A stretch of DNA of 64,000 bases, taken from Blasia pusilla (lineage: Eukaryota). Below are positions 27,700 through 38,496 of the stretch, in pieces (the stretch's first letter is position 1; every line of letters begins with the position of its first letter). The stretch is from contig CM114271.1 of assembly GCA_050084515.1 (NCBI GenBank), positions 47,182,001 through 47,246,000 of the forward strand, read 5' to 3'. Position numbers and translations under genes: made by a program. The notes below the pieces were generated by a model. It worked only from the letters and a program-made list of their open reading frames with translations, had not been told where the DNA came from and made no database searches.

Positions 27700-29704
27700 T
27701 GTGCGCCCCTTCATGAGTGGCTCCCATGTGTGTTAGATACTTTTGGGACTCTAGTTAGGTGAGTAGAAGGAGCTAGAACAACAATCTGCAATTTAAATGG
27801 GATCATTGGTGCTATTCGGACCAAAATGGTGGCAGCTCACATATCAGATTAGGATAGGAAATTAGCTTCAGCTGTCCATGCTTACAACACAGTTGAGAAG
27901 AGCACCACAGGGAAAAGTCCCTACTTCTTGGTGTATGGGCAGAACCCTCTCTCGGTAGTAGAGTTGGAGTTGAAGACTGATCATACTCTAGAAGGGGACT
28001 TCCAACCTGAAGGTGGCATAGATAGCAGGCTGGATATGATTGATGCCCTAGAGGAGGAGAGAAAGGCAGCATTAGAGAAGACCAAGGCCGTTCAGCAACA
28101 AAGGAAGATGAGGTTTGATAACCAAATACAGCATGATCCAGTGAAGGAGGGGGACATGGTGCTGATGTATGATAGTCGACCCCAAAATTTTCCAGGATAG
28201 CTACACATTCGACTGCTTAGGCCTTATCAGGTGAGGAGCAGCAGGGAAGTAATGAGGAGGTGAGGAGCAGTAGGGAAGTAATGAGATCAGGTGAGATCAG
28301 GTGAGGAGCAGCAGGGAAGTAATGAGGAGGTGAGGAGCAGCAGGGAAGTAATGAGATCAGGTGAGATCAGGTGAGGAGCAGCAGGGAAGTAATGAGATCA
28401 GGTGAGATCAGGTGAGGAGCTGAGGAGCAGTAGGGAAGTAATGAGATCAGGTGAGGAGCATCCAAGGGAAGCTCGAACCAGCTTAAGAAGAAGCAAGCTT
28501 GGGAAATGCTAGTTAGAACAGGTTCAGAAGTAGATGAGGTCGAAATTTCAGGCAGTAGATGCCTTGGAGTAGATGCTTAGGGGGAGGTAGATTTGTAGGA
28601 AGGTAGGAACCCAGAATGCCAGAGAAGCCCAAGGAAGAAGAGGGCTCTCAACTTCACTTATAAATACTCTAGTGGGTTTGCTTGAAGGCGGGAATAGACA
28701 TGTTGTTGGATAGTAGACACTCGATCTCTTGAGCCAAGCTAACCAGCACAGTTATGTGCTCCCAAGTCTAGGTAGTGTGTAGTGTGCTTGAAGGGGGCTG
28801 AGAAGAAGAAGGTCTCTCATGTACTCTATGATTTTGTGATACACAGGAGGTAGCCCTGTGAAATGAGTTCACACCATTGCCCTGTATTTGAGTATGTGCA
28901 TGATTGAGTGATGACTTGGGGGAGGGCTTGATGAAGGGAGATTCTTGGAGATGATTCAACTAATCATTCAAAAGTGCAGGGAGAGGACAAGAGGTCTGTC
29001 AAGAGAGGGGAGGCAAGCTTGGGTTCCAAGATTGTGCTCCACCAAGGTGTGCTTGGAAAGCTTGCTGTTCTACCCACCTAAGCTTGGCCTTTGACACCAA
29101 TCACATGATTACTTCGGTGTGACAACCTGGACTTCAGTCTGGTAAGTGATAAGAGTTAGTGAGTGGAGAGAGAGAGGGTCATGCTTGAGCTCCCCTATAG
29201 GTAGAAGACCATGGGCTCAGCTGTTAAGTCTCCTACTACCGAACAAGAAGGGAGAACATCGGATCAGCAAGGTACGAGGAGAAGAAGAAGGTGATTGCAC
29301 TACCTGATCGGTTAGGAGTTGGGTGTACTTTAGAGGATGCCTTGGTACATTCAACTAGTCAAGGCAAACACATTGGAGGACCTTATGTTGCCCTGGTCAT
29401 CCTTGACCTGTGAATTCTAAGTAGAGTGTGCTTGTTGGGTTCCACTGGCCACTCCACTCAAAGCACTCAAGAGGAAGGAAGGAGTTTTGGTTAGTAGGGT
29501 GAGGATAGGATTGTGATACTGAAGTGGAGAGAGTTCCTCCATCCTCTTAAGGTAAAGAGGTGGGGTTTACAGTAGTTAAGGAGTACATCTTGTAGATCTT
29601 GATCTTCTGATCTAGCCCTAAGCTCTTACATGGGACCGAACTGGTGGAACTAGCAACATTTTCACTTGGGGTTGTGTGTTGGCCATGTATTACCTGGTGA
29701 GACA
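27700..29704 (+). mobile_element. 2005-bp solo-LTR-like insertion (TG...CA, 5-bp TSD CATTC) containing a Gypsy integrase C-terminal fragment
   Basis: CATTC at 27695-27699 and 29705-29709. Removing the insert restores the protease sequence seen in copy 2 (CAAGCCCAATCCTCTGAATGAC). Internal frame at about 27855-28230: RKLASAVHAYNTVEKSTTGKSPYFLVYGQNP...VKEGDMVLMYDSRPQNFPG*LHIRLLRPYQV. Confidence 0.88.
28226..28460. repeat. Purine-rich compound tandem repeat (GGTGAGGAGCAGCAGGGAAGTAATGAG / ATCAGGTGAG)
   Basis: About six near-identical GAGCAG(C/T)AGGGAAGTAATGAG units with variable ATCAGGTGAG linkers. Confidence 0.9.
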
Positions 29705-30399
29705 CATTCCTCTGAATGACGCTCTCCCCAACATCAGGGGTTGCGCTCCTGAATCCAACAAGACGCTTTGCGGATTAAAAGCTCTACCTCCAAGACTCAC
29801 CAATTGGAAGACCTCTCTCTGGTTATCCAGCAACACAACACCATGAGAAGCCATGGCACGCTCTATCGTGGGTCTAGTGGGCATCTCCGCCATCCTAGCA
29901 GCCGCAGACTGCCATGAATCTGACGTGGACGGCCCGAGCATCCGCTCGAAGGGCAGGTCCATCACCTCCTTTGCAATCACCTCTAAACGTGATGCAAGAA
30001 CTCCAACTCCACACTCACATAGCGTAGTGGCGAGCCCAACACCTTGGCGGGCGTACCTCCCAATGTCATAACATCAGAAGCAAAAAATAGCGGAGCACAT
30101 TACACAATCGTGGCCGCCCCCAACATCGTACTCGACACATGATCCTCCTAAGCATCAGCAATAGGAGTTGTCGCACTTGTTTCTCCCATTGCCCTCCGTG
30201 CCTGCACACCAATAACATCACCAAGTCTCTGAGAACTCTGATCAAGATCCAATCGATGGGATCCTCATCGCCTCTGAAAATGTGAAAGAATCAGGAAGCA
30301 TGGCCTGTTTTTTGGCTTCCACTCGATGTGGATCCAACTCTATGGCTGCTCCACGCGTCACAACTGCGGCGGCCTCCATCTGGGCACATCCAACCAGGA

Positions 30400-31983
30400 T
30401 CCTCTATATCTCTGGCTGCTCCCTATGATGTCGATGCCGCGGATCCGGCATCGGGTAACCGCAATGCCATAGCAGCAATCTGCTCATGTAGCTGCTGTAT
30501 CTGAGCAGCCATCCCAACCTCATGCCCAAAATCTCCCTCGACGCGTCTAGGTGGTGGGACTCTACCTCCTCCACGGTCAACTCCACCACCTTGTCGGGCA
30601 ACTCCAGCTCCTCGTCCCCCAACGGGACCACCTGGTGCATGATCTCTAGGCCCACCCAGACCGGCTACTTGCTCTGGTACCCTCTCTGGCCTTTGGTCCG
30701 GACGTAACTCAGGGTGTAAACTAAAACACCTAGCGCGTATGTAACCATACCTCTGACAATAGCCACAATGATAACCCCTCCTCGTGCAACACCATCTCCT
30801 CCTCCATCCTGAGGCACACGTCCATGACCCTAACGAGTGCAATCACGCTGATGATGAGCTCCACCACATGACCAACAAGTAATCCTAGGTGGTTGCTGTT
30901 GAGCCGCATATGAAGGCGCAGGTCTCTGTGGCACGGCCTCCTGGTATCCTCCTTGAGCTCATGGTGCCACAATCAACCTATCTCAGAGTCCACATTGCTA
31001 CACTAGTGGTGCAGAAAATCGTGACTGCTCTCGCCCATAACTCATGGTGGCTACGCTCTCCTCTACCAAGTTGCGCTGAATGTTCTTGGCGGTCCTAAAA
31101 ACATCTCTCAACGTAAGGGAGGTGTTCATAAGAAGCACCCCCTCCCACACTCGTGTCCGAAGGGTCCGATCCAACATCGAGTACCATGATTGGATAGCCT
31201 GAGCCTCTGTCATCCCCTGAGTGACGTTGATCAACCGACGCAAGCGAGTGTAAGCCTCACACAAACTCTCACCCAAGCGCCTTTGGAAGTCATGATCCTC
31301 CGCAACTTCTTCGTCCATACCCCCTAGTAGCTCGCCCTCAACTTAGCGAAGAAGTCAACCATGGGGTTGAACCTGGGCCGAACCCGACTAGACGGTGCAA
31401 CTGCTCTAGTGCGAGTGACTCCTTCTAAAACATCACTAGTGGAAGAGGAAGTAGTCTCTCTTGACTCCTCCTCCTCATCTCGGAATGGCTCTATCCATGA
31501 CACATAGTGTGGATCATAGTAGAGTCACCATGCCTCAAACTCCTGGGCATATTTATGGGAGAACTCATGGTAATCGTCCATGGGCGACCCCTCTAAATGT
31601 TGGAACATAGCGTTCCATGCTGTAAAAAGTTGAACTCTCTAGAGTTCCTAGCCCATTGTGAGTCACACCAACCCGATAAACTCAGCAATAATGTCGTGTA
31701 GCTCTATAGTGCCTACAGTACCCAAAAACCTACACGGTCTTCTACCTCGTTCGTCCATCTCGTACGCCCAACTGGTAGGACCACTCAATGTGTACGGCGG
31801 ATCACTAACACACTCCTCTATACGCTCCCCCTTGTCTGAAGATGACACAGAAAAAGATTGAGGTGGTCTCTCACCTGGAGACCCTCGAAACCTCGCACCA
31901 CTCCGGGTAAACCCTCCAAAGCTACTCTCAAGTCCACTACCTCGCCTCTCAAAATCCCGAAAGGACGTCTTGATGGCCCTCAT
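30400..31983 (-). pseudogene. Gag with CCHC-type zinc knuckle, copy 1
   Basis: DFQRRLGESLCEAYTRLRRLI (retrotransposon gag QxxxES motif). CGYCQRYGYIRARC is a knuckle; the His position is intact in copy 2 (CDYYQRYGHTRARC). Confidence 0.8.
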
Positions 31984-33534
31984 GCCGTTCTCACACGATC
32001 ACTCTCAATCTCGCAAGTAATCCCTCAATCATTCAAACTAAACATACGGCACTCAATCTACACTCTCTCATTAAGACGTGTGTTGTGCGGCAACAAGCAG
32101 CGTGGTGCGACAAATCAACTCATCTATCGTCTCATCAACAAACCATCCTCAACTCTGGACATCCCACACAGGTCTATGTCCCCTAAACCCATACATCATT
32201 GATGTTCTCAACATCAACACGAAACCCAATATCCCAAATAACTTCCCAATATCCGGAAATCCCTCACACGTGTAGGGTAAGAGACCAGAATGGGTAACTT
32301 GACAATCATGTTGATGTCACTCCTCGGAAACTGAAAATCTTGACCCCAATTCGGTCATGAAGATAACTCCTCTAATCAGCAAGTTGTACTCCTCTCATAT
32401 TGACGTTGCTCAAACCTCCTCGATGTGCGGTGGAGATCTAGCGGTCTGATGCGCACGAAACGGCTACAAATAGCACGATACTCGGGAATGGGGTGCGGCA
32501 CCCGGCGACATATCCTCCTCAATCAGAAATTCACACGATGTGCTCCTTAGTGAAGGAGTGGTTCTATGATCGAGACGGTGTGCTGCGGCCACGAGCGGCA
32601 CGGCGTGGCAATCGGCGGCGCGTTGTGGCTACGAGCGTCACGGGACGGTACTCAATCGTCGTCGTGCGGCTACCAATCACAACATAGCAGCATGAAATGA
32701 AAACTCAAACACCTTAACCCGAGGTCATCTGCCATCATTGGTCGATGACGAAATTTTGATGAAGGAGGCGGCCAAAAAAAAGTCCGTGGTGGCGGCGCAA
32801 GTCAAAGAATCAATGGTCGTCGTGGAAGACCCTCCACTCCGTAATGGCGGCAATGGCAACTAAGGGTGGACAACGGCCAAATGCGGCTCTGAGCAATGCT
32901 AGGCGGCGTACGATTGACTGTTGATGGTGATGATTGACCATTGACGGCGGACCGTTGACAATGACTATAACGGGCAACGGTGGTGGTTCACGGTTTGAAC
33001 AATTTAACCCTAAAAATCATCTAGCAATGGTAGTTTTGCAAGACTGACCATAACTTTTTGCTCGCAACTCCAAATTGCGTATTGTTTGTTGCACATATGT
33101 ACAACTTTATGATCTACAACGACCTCAAAAAATATTTTAAATCGGACATTCCAATAAAAACTAACAGGGATTGTCGTAAATCCCAACGTCTCTTTCTCCT
33201 ACAGAAATTTTGGCAGCGCTTCTGTGCTGATTTCTCCCAACAAAAATGTAAAACCTGTGACAATAAAAATCATCAAGCTACATAGTGCTCTCGAGAGCAT
33301 CGGCATGGGGGAATTTGCCCCCATATTCAATCCTTATAAAAAATTGGGCAGCGCTTCCGCGCGCCACTTTTCCACAAAAAAATGGCAAAAGAAACATAAA
33401 AAATGAGCGGCTCCGGCTCCATTGAGCACTCCCATGAACCGCTGAACGGGGAATACGATCCCCAACCTACAAAACCAGCGAGTGATCAGCGAGCTCTCCC
33501 ATGAAGCTCTCTCACTCATCTCATTCTCTCTTTG

Positions 33535-34040
33535 TAAATCAAGATCCAATCTCTCTCAACACCATAACTCTCAAATGTGTGCACTCTCACATGTCTCTCT
33601 CAACGTCAAACCAAACTCACTCTCCTAATGAGAGGATTGGGTTACACACAAGGCAAGTAAGACCATAGCTCTGTCACCTCATGTCAAGAGGTTCAACAAA
33701 AAGAGAATGAGCTCTCTCTCCTTGAGGTATACCCCTCCCCTCCCCCAAGCTCTCTCCATGGTAACCTATGCTCCCAAGTCACCTCTTTGGCTCTTGAACC
33801 GATGTAGGAGGTCAAGGGCCATTTATAAAAAATGGAAACTCGACCATATACTCAAAATGGTACTTACCTAAAATAGCAAGTTCCTTAATATGGCTTAAAA
33901 TGAGCCAAAACCAAGGGGAAACCTACTCTCTCAGGTTTCCCCAGGCCTCAGCAGGTCATCCTCGACCTCTTGAGCGTGTCCTCTACTACTCAAGAAGGCG
34001 CTCTACTAGATCTCACCGATCTATTCTAAAAGACGTGACA
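33535..34040 (-). repeat. 5' terminal repeat of copy 1 (segment B only)
   Basis: Aligns to 22079-22594 from TAAATCAAGATCCAATC to AAAAGACGTGACA. Segment A is absent next to it. Confidence 0.9.
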
Positions 34041-34524
34041 CTATTAAAATAATGGCTTATCGAAATAGAAGAGAAGCCTACTACAATGGGTGATTGGAAG
34101 CATCGAATTATTTGACACAAACAAAAATTAATTGACATGAAGGAATAACAAGAACCGATAGAGAATAAATAACCAGTTCACATGAAGGAAAAAAGATGTA
34201 AATCAATGGTGGACATAAACATACGAGATGGAATGATGTGTTGGATACCATGCCTCGCTAGGAAAAAAATATGAAACCTGCCTATGGAGTCCATAATTAG
34301 GGGATGTAGAGAGCATGTGACGCAACATGATGGTAACCCTTTGGGACAAAAAAACCCCCTAAATTCCAAAGAAAAGAAAAAAAAGCCATTCGCTATCCAC
34401 TAAGACAATAAAGTGGATTCTATTAAGAAAATAAACTACATATAAACCATCCTTCCACCATCGACCAATCACCCTCCACAGACCCATTAGAAAAATATAA
34501 GAGCACTCGTTTATTTATTTATTA

Positions 34525-34700
34525 CTAGCTAGTTAGGGCACGTGAGAGACCATGCGATGCACGATCCCTTTAATCCTAAACACAAGGTTTCTAAAGGAAA
34601 TTTATTAAAAACTTATTTTATATGATAGACATAGATGCCACGTGTCATATATTCTTGAGCTTAAAAAGACATGTGGTGAATGCTCATGTTGTCGCCATTT
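34525..34700 (-). mobile_element. Helitron 3' terminus, same family as 2617-2653
   Basis: The minus strand reads ..CGTGCATCGCATGG TCTCTCACGTGCCCTAA CTAG CTAG T. Both loci share the TCTCTCAC spacer and the upstream ATGT..TTTTAAGCTC block. Confidence 0.55.
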
Positions 34701-35649
34701 TAGAGACTTCTAGTGATAATCTATCTTTTATTCCTTCCCAAGGCTAATGTGATTCTAAGTGCAAAGCTTGTAGAAATGCTTGTTCGGGTAGGAATTGGCC
34801 TGCCATCGAATTGAAATTGGGATGTATTCCATATATTTGATGATATGCTCTATTCTACATACATATCCCTAAGGTCGAGCCAAAGGAGTGATCAATTGTT
34901 CTTCGTTGAAAGCATAAAACTATGCGAGTCATCAAAATTGGACCACAAATTTGGAGTAGGGCATATAAATATCAAAGACAAAGATCTCATATGAAGTAAC
35001 ACCTATCGAGCCTGAAAGAGTGAGTTCTGTTCCGTTCCAACATACTCTACTTACTTTTGCATTTGATACAAATTTTGTGTTATATTATTATCTTCATATT
35101 ACTTTTATCTTCCATGTTAGTATATAATTTTTATCCCTCTTAGTATTTTTATTCACCACATCCACGTTAGTGTAATTATCTTCTTATAATTTTTTGATAT
35201 TATTATCCCATATGTGTGTTAGTAATATTATATTGTAAAATTTCCGTATTAGATATTCGTTTTTTTTTAAAATAAATATTTTCCCATCCATTTGTCTCTT
35301 ATCTCAAAATTAAAATTTTAAATTAAAAAAAAAACCTAAACCGCGTCGTTGCTATTTTAGAGTGTCGAGGACTTCTTCCACGTGTAGGTCTTTCTCCTCT
35401 TTTCTTTTCTTCTTGGAGTTCCTAGACCCCTTACGGTTCATGAATCCTGCCACGTGTAGGACCATACAGCCCTCGAAGCTGGGGATGGGCGGAATCGATG
35501 GCTGAACATCGTCCACACTGCAAAAAAGTGGGAATATGACTGAATCAAATCAAAGGCTCCATGGAAGCACCGATAGTAATATTCCAAGCATAATGCGCGC
35601 CCACAAACACACACAATGAGACAACTCCAAGACAAGGGCACACGGTTTT

Positions 35650-36260
35650 GAGAAACACAAACGTGGGTGAAGATTTGGAACTCGCTAGCTATGGAGTAGG
35701 AGGCGTACTCTTAGTTTAAATGGCCAAACCCAAAACTGGACAAGGGTTTGGAATCGGCTGGCTATGTTGTTACTCTCGTGGCTATGTTGGTGTTGCCCCT
35801 TTTCTTTTTCGAGCTGGTTATGGTCTTCATTTACTAGACTCTTTGAGTCCCTTTTTTTTATCCATCGCCGACTTTTTCTTGAGGCCTCTTTTGTCTGGCT
35901 ATGTTGTTACTCTGGTGTTCAATGTGGAAAGCCCAAAATTGGATGAGGGTTTGGGATTGGCTATGGTGCACTCTTATGAGAAACCCAAAACCGGGCAAGA
36001 ATTAGGGAATGGCTAGTTATGGTGTACTGGTTTCGTGTTGTTTATGAAGAAACCCAAAAGTGGCCGAGGGTTTGGAAGTGGCCGGCTGTGGAGTTACTCT
36101 TGCTGTGCGTGGCGAAACACGAACCTGGCCGAGGTTTGGAATTGCCTGGCTATTGTGGCGAAGCACAGAATTGGCAGAGTGTACTCTGATGTGGTTTATG
36201 GCGAAACACAAAACTGGCTGAGGGTCTGGAACAGACTGGCTATGGTGGGTGTACTCCTGT
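35650..36260. repeat. Degenerate array of about 7 copies of a ~50-nt unit upstream of the orphan ORF
   Basis: GAAAC(A/C)CAAAA.TGG..GAGGGTTTGGAA..GGCTGGCTATGG.GTACTC at about 35652, 35726, 35927, 35980, 36049, 36114 and 36203. Confidence 0.75.
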
Positions 36261-36861
36261 GGACCAAGAGAACCAGTGGAAAATGTGGAGGCAGCTTCGG
36301 TTTCTTCCCATCTGTGGCTCTTGCTGGAATTCTCAAATGAAGCAGAGTTTGCTGCTGCTAGTTACAAGGCGATGGAAAAAATGTTTGCGATTGTTCTTCC
36401 CAGTGATGTAGAGCTCCGAGTCTTCGGCGCAGTCGCTTGGCTCACTGATCCATCAGATCGCAGCTGCTCTTTCTTTCTTCCGGGGAGTTGGAGTCACCGA
36501 TCTCACGAAGCTCTCGCCGAATTTGAGCGGCGAGCTTTGCAGAATCGTCGTTGAATTGGGGGCTGGGGTGATTGTGGGTCGTGATCTTGGAGCGTGCGTG
36601 GAGACAGCCTGGTGGTGATGGCGGAGAGATGGGCGAATGAGGAGTGTGTTGGGTTTTTCATGTGCGCTTTGGGATGTGAGTCGTGAGGCAGTGGGAGCTA
36701 TGAAGGGAAGAGATGTTGGGAGCATGATTCTTGCAGCAGAGGGAGTCTTTGAGCTGGAGCTGTGGAGGAGATGGGGGATTCGCCTGGCGAGCGTGTGTAT
36801 GCCTTGTTCGATGAGGATAGTCTGTAGATGAGTGGGAGGTTCTGATCGTTTTGGCCTGCCC

Positions 36862-38496
36862 ATGGGGATTCTGGGGAGCCCACCCGGTGGCGGATTCTTG
36901 GGGCCTCCCTCGGGAGCAGGGGATCCGATGTTCGAGAGCTTGGCAGCGAATGTACTGAGGAGCTTGCAATTCAGCTATTTCATGATGAAGGGATTCAGCT
37001 CCACCAGCCGAGTTCTGAAAGATCTGGGAAGATCGAGCGAGGGGGGATTGCAGGGGAGTGGCGGGAGCTCTGAATGGCGAGGTTCGGGATCGTTGAGGTT
37101 GCGGTTGAAATTCAGAGGCGGTAGAGCAGGAATGGGAAGATTGTCGGTGTCGAGAAGAGGTAGGGGCGATGGTAGAAGACCCAATTGTGCGAACGACAGC
37201 TACGGTGCTCGACCCACCGAGAACGGATGTGTGGGAGAGAAAAGCTCTGGGAATCCAAATCATGGCGATGGTGGCAGAATGAGGAAACCCGCGCGCCCCA
37301 TTGCAACTGAAAAGGAGTCGGCATTCGCCAGATCGGACGATGTGAATGGTGATCTCGCTTCGGAGGGCAGCGTTTTTAGTGGGATGGCAGAGTGCGAAGC
37401 GAGATTGGCACAGGAGACCGTGCTCGTGAGACGATTCACCAGCGGATTGACCAACAGGACTCTGTCGGTGACGGGACTGGCCGCTGTAGATGGAGTGTCG
37501 CACAAATTGAAGCCCATGGGCAAAGGGTTTGCGAAGGGTGTGAAGATGGCCACTGGCGTCGTGAAGGGTGTGAAGACGGCGACCGGTGTGCTTCAGAAAT
37601 TCCAGGCTCCCGCAGAAGGTGTTCTCATGGGGTTCGGAGCTGCAAACGGCGTCGCCCTGGGTTACGAAGCGGCGAAGTTCATAGTCAGCGGTGCCAAGAT
37701 GTCCAAGAATTTCGCCTCCGTTTTCAAGTTCACCAAGAATTATGTCAGTGGAGCGGCCAGCGCTGCCGGAAAGAACCCTGCTGGAGACAAGGTCATACGA
37801 GAGAGGCTCATGAAGGGCCTCAAGGTTTCCGATGGAGCTTTGACCTTGGTGAAGCTGACGAAGGAATTCGGTAGCGCTGGTTTGGGCTCCAGCTTTCCCG
37901 GTGGTCTTTCCAGTTGGGATTTGATAACCAAAGGCTACGAAGCATCCAATAGCCTTCTCAAGGTTTCGGAAGCCACTCTTGGATTCAAAGGGGGGATAAG
38001 TGTTTTGGGCAAATTCTTCCTGGGCTTGAAAGGGGCGATCGGTGGAACTGGTGTGGTGGTGAAATCTGTTTTTCTCACGAAGGAGATCTCCCTGGTTCTT
38101 CTCAAAGGAGTGGGCCTCTGGAAGGGACTGGGGGAGGTTTTCAAAGCCGTCTCGGAGGGCAAAACGCTGGGAGATGTACTGATGTTCAGAGGTGCGAGTA
38201 AGGACAATGTGGAGATGCTGAAAGGCGAGTATGTGCTGGAAATTGCCACGGTGGTCTTTCGCAAGGGAGTGTTCACCAATCCCAACTTCTTTGAGCTCCC
38301 GTTGAAGTTACTCAACCCTCGTTCTGCTACTGGTGGTGACGGCAGCAGAGACGCTTCATCCTCACTCTTCGCTTCTTTGGCTTCTCTTCTCCTTGCTCAT
38401 AGCCAAGCTGATGAGGCTGGTGATCCTGATGATAATGGGTCTACCTACTCGAGGTTCTCCTGGTCATACTTGTTCTATCTCTCCCTTCCCAGCTAA
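36862..38496 (+). CDS. Intronless uncharacterised Gly/Ala/Lys-rich protein, about 544 aa
   Basis: A 1.6-kb stop-free frame in a window where the TE ORFs are riddled with stops. First ATG is at 36862 (alternative 36928). The N-third looks disordered and the C-half looks amphipathic-helical. No family recognised. Confidence 0.65.
   Translation: MGILGSPPGGGFLGPPSGAGDPMFESLAANVLRSLQFSYFMMKGFSSTSRVLKDLGRSSEGGLQGSGGSSEWRGSGSLRLRLKFRGGRAGMGRLSVSRRGRGDGRRPNCANDSYGARPTENGCVGEKSSGNPNHGDGGRMRKPARPIATEKESAFARSDDVNGDLASEGSVFSGMAECEARLAQETVLVRRFTSGLTNRTLSVTGLAAVDGVSHKLKPMGKGFAKGVKMATGVVKGVKTATGVLQKFQAPAEGVLMGFGAANGVALGYEAAKFIVSGAKMSKNFASVFKFTKNYVSGAASAAGKNPAGDKVIRERLMKGLKVSDGALTLVKLTKEFGSAGLGSSFPGGLSSWDLITKGYEASNSLLKVSEATLGFKGGISVLGKFFLGLKGAIGGTGVVVKSVFLTKEISLVLLKGVGLWKGLGEVFKAVSEGKTLGDVLMFRGASKDNVEMLKGEYVLEIATVVFRKGVFTNPNFFELPLKLLNPRSATGGDGSRDASSSLFASLASLLLAHSQADEAGDPDDNGSTYSRFSWSYLFYLSLPS

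Larger units (their letters stand above)
27380..29830 (-). pseudogene. Aspartic protease, copy 1 (split by the 27700-29704 insertion)
   Basis: VLLDSGAQPLMLG at about 29730-29765, then ...DAESSDILVGGAILHPMGFSL at about 27470-27535. Confidence 0.85.
21950..34040 (-). mobile_element. Ty3/Gypsy-type retrotransposon carrying a DNMT3-like methyltransferase and a PHD finger, copy 1 (both ends present, decayed)
   Basis: Termini TGTC...GACA with a 4-bp TSD CTAT (21946-21949 and 34041-34044). The flanks join into a continuous frame (..KVGVCILNLNT|IKIMAY..), which is weakly LINE-like. Domain order on the minus strand is gag, PR, MTase, RT, RH, IN, PHD, with many stops and frameshifts. Confidence 0.92.

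Noticed and set aside
21950-34040. Classification as a DIRS/Ngaro tyrosine-recombinase element because of the split repeats and a methyltransferase
   Set aside because: It encodes an HHCC-DDE integrase and an aspartic protease and has TG..CA ends with a TSD. No tyrosine recombinase was seen, and the MTase is C5-cytosine type, not the DAM-like domain of DIRS.
35650-36260. CRISPR-like repeat/spacer appearance
   Set aside because: The repeats are highly degenerate, the spacers are irregular, the context is eukaryotic and there are no cas genes. Kept only as a degenerate array.
36453-38315. Overlapping antisense and alternate-frame ORFs (e.g. 36658-37503 minus, 281 aa)
   Set aside because: Shadow ORFs of the GC-rich plus-strand ORF, with no independent support.
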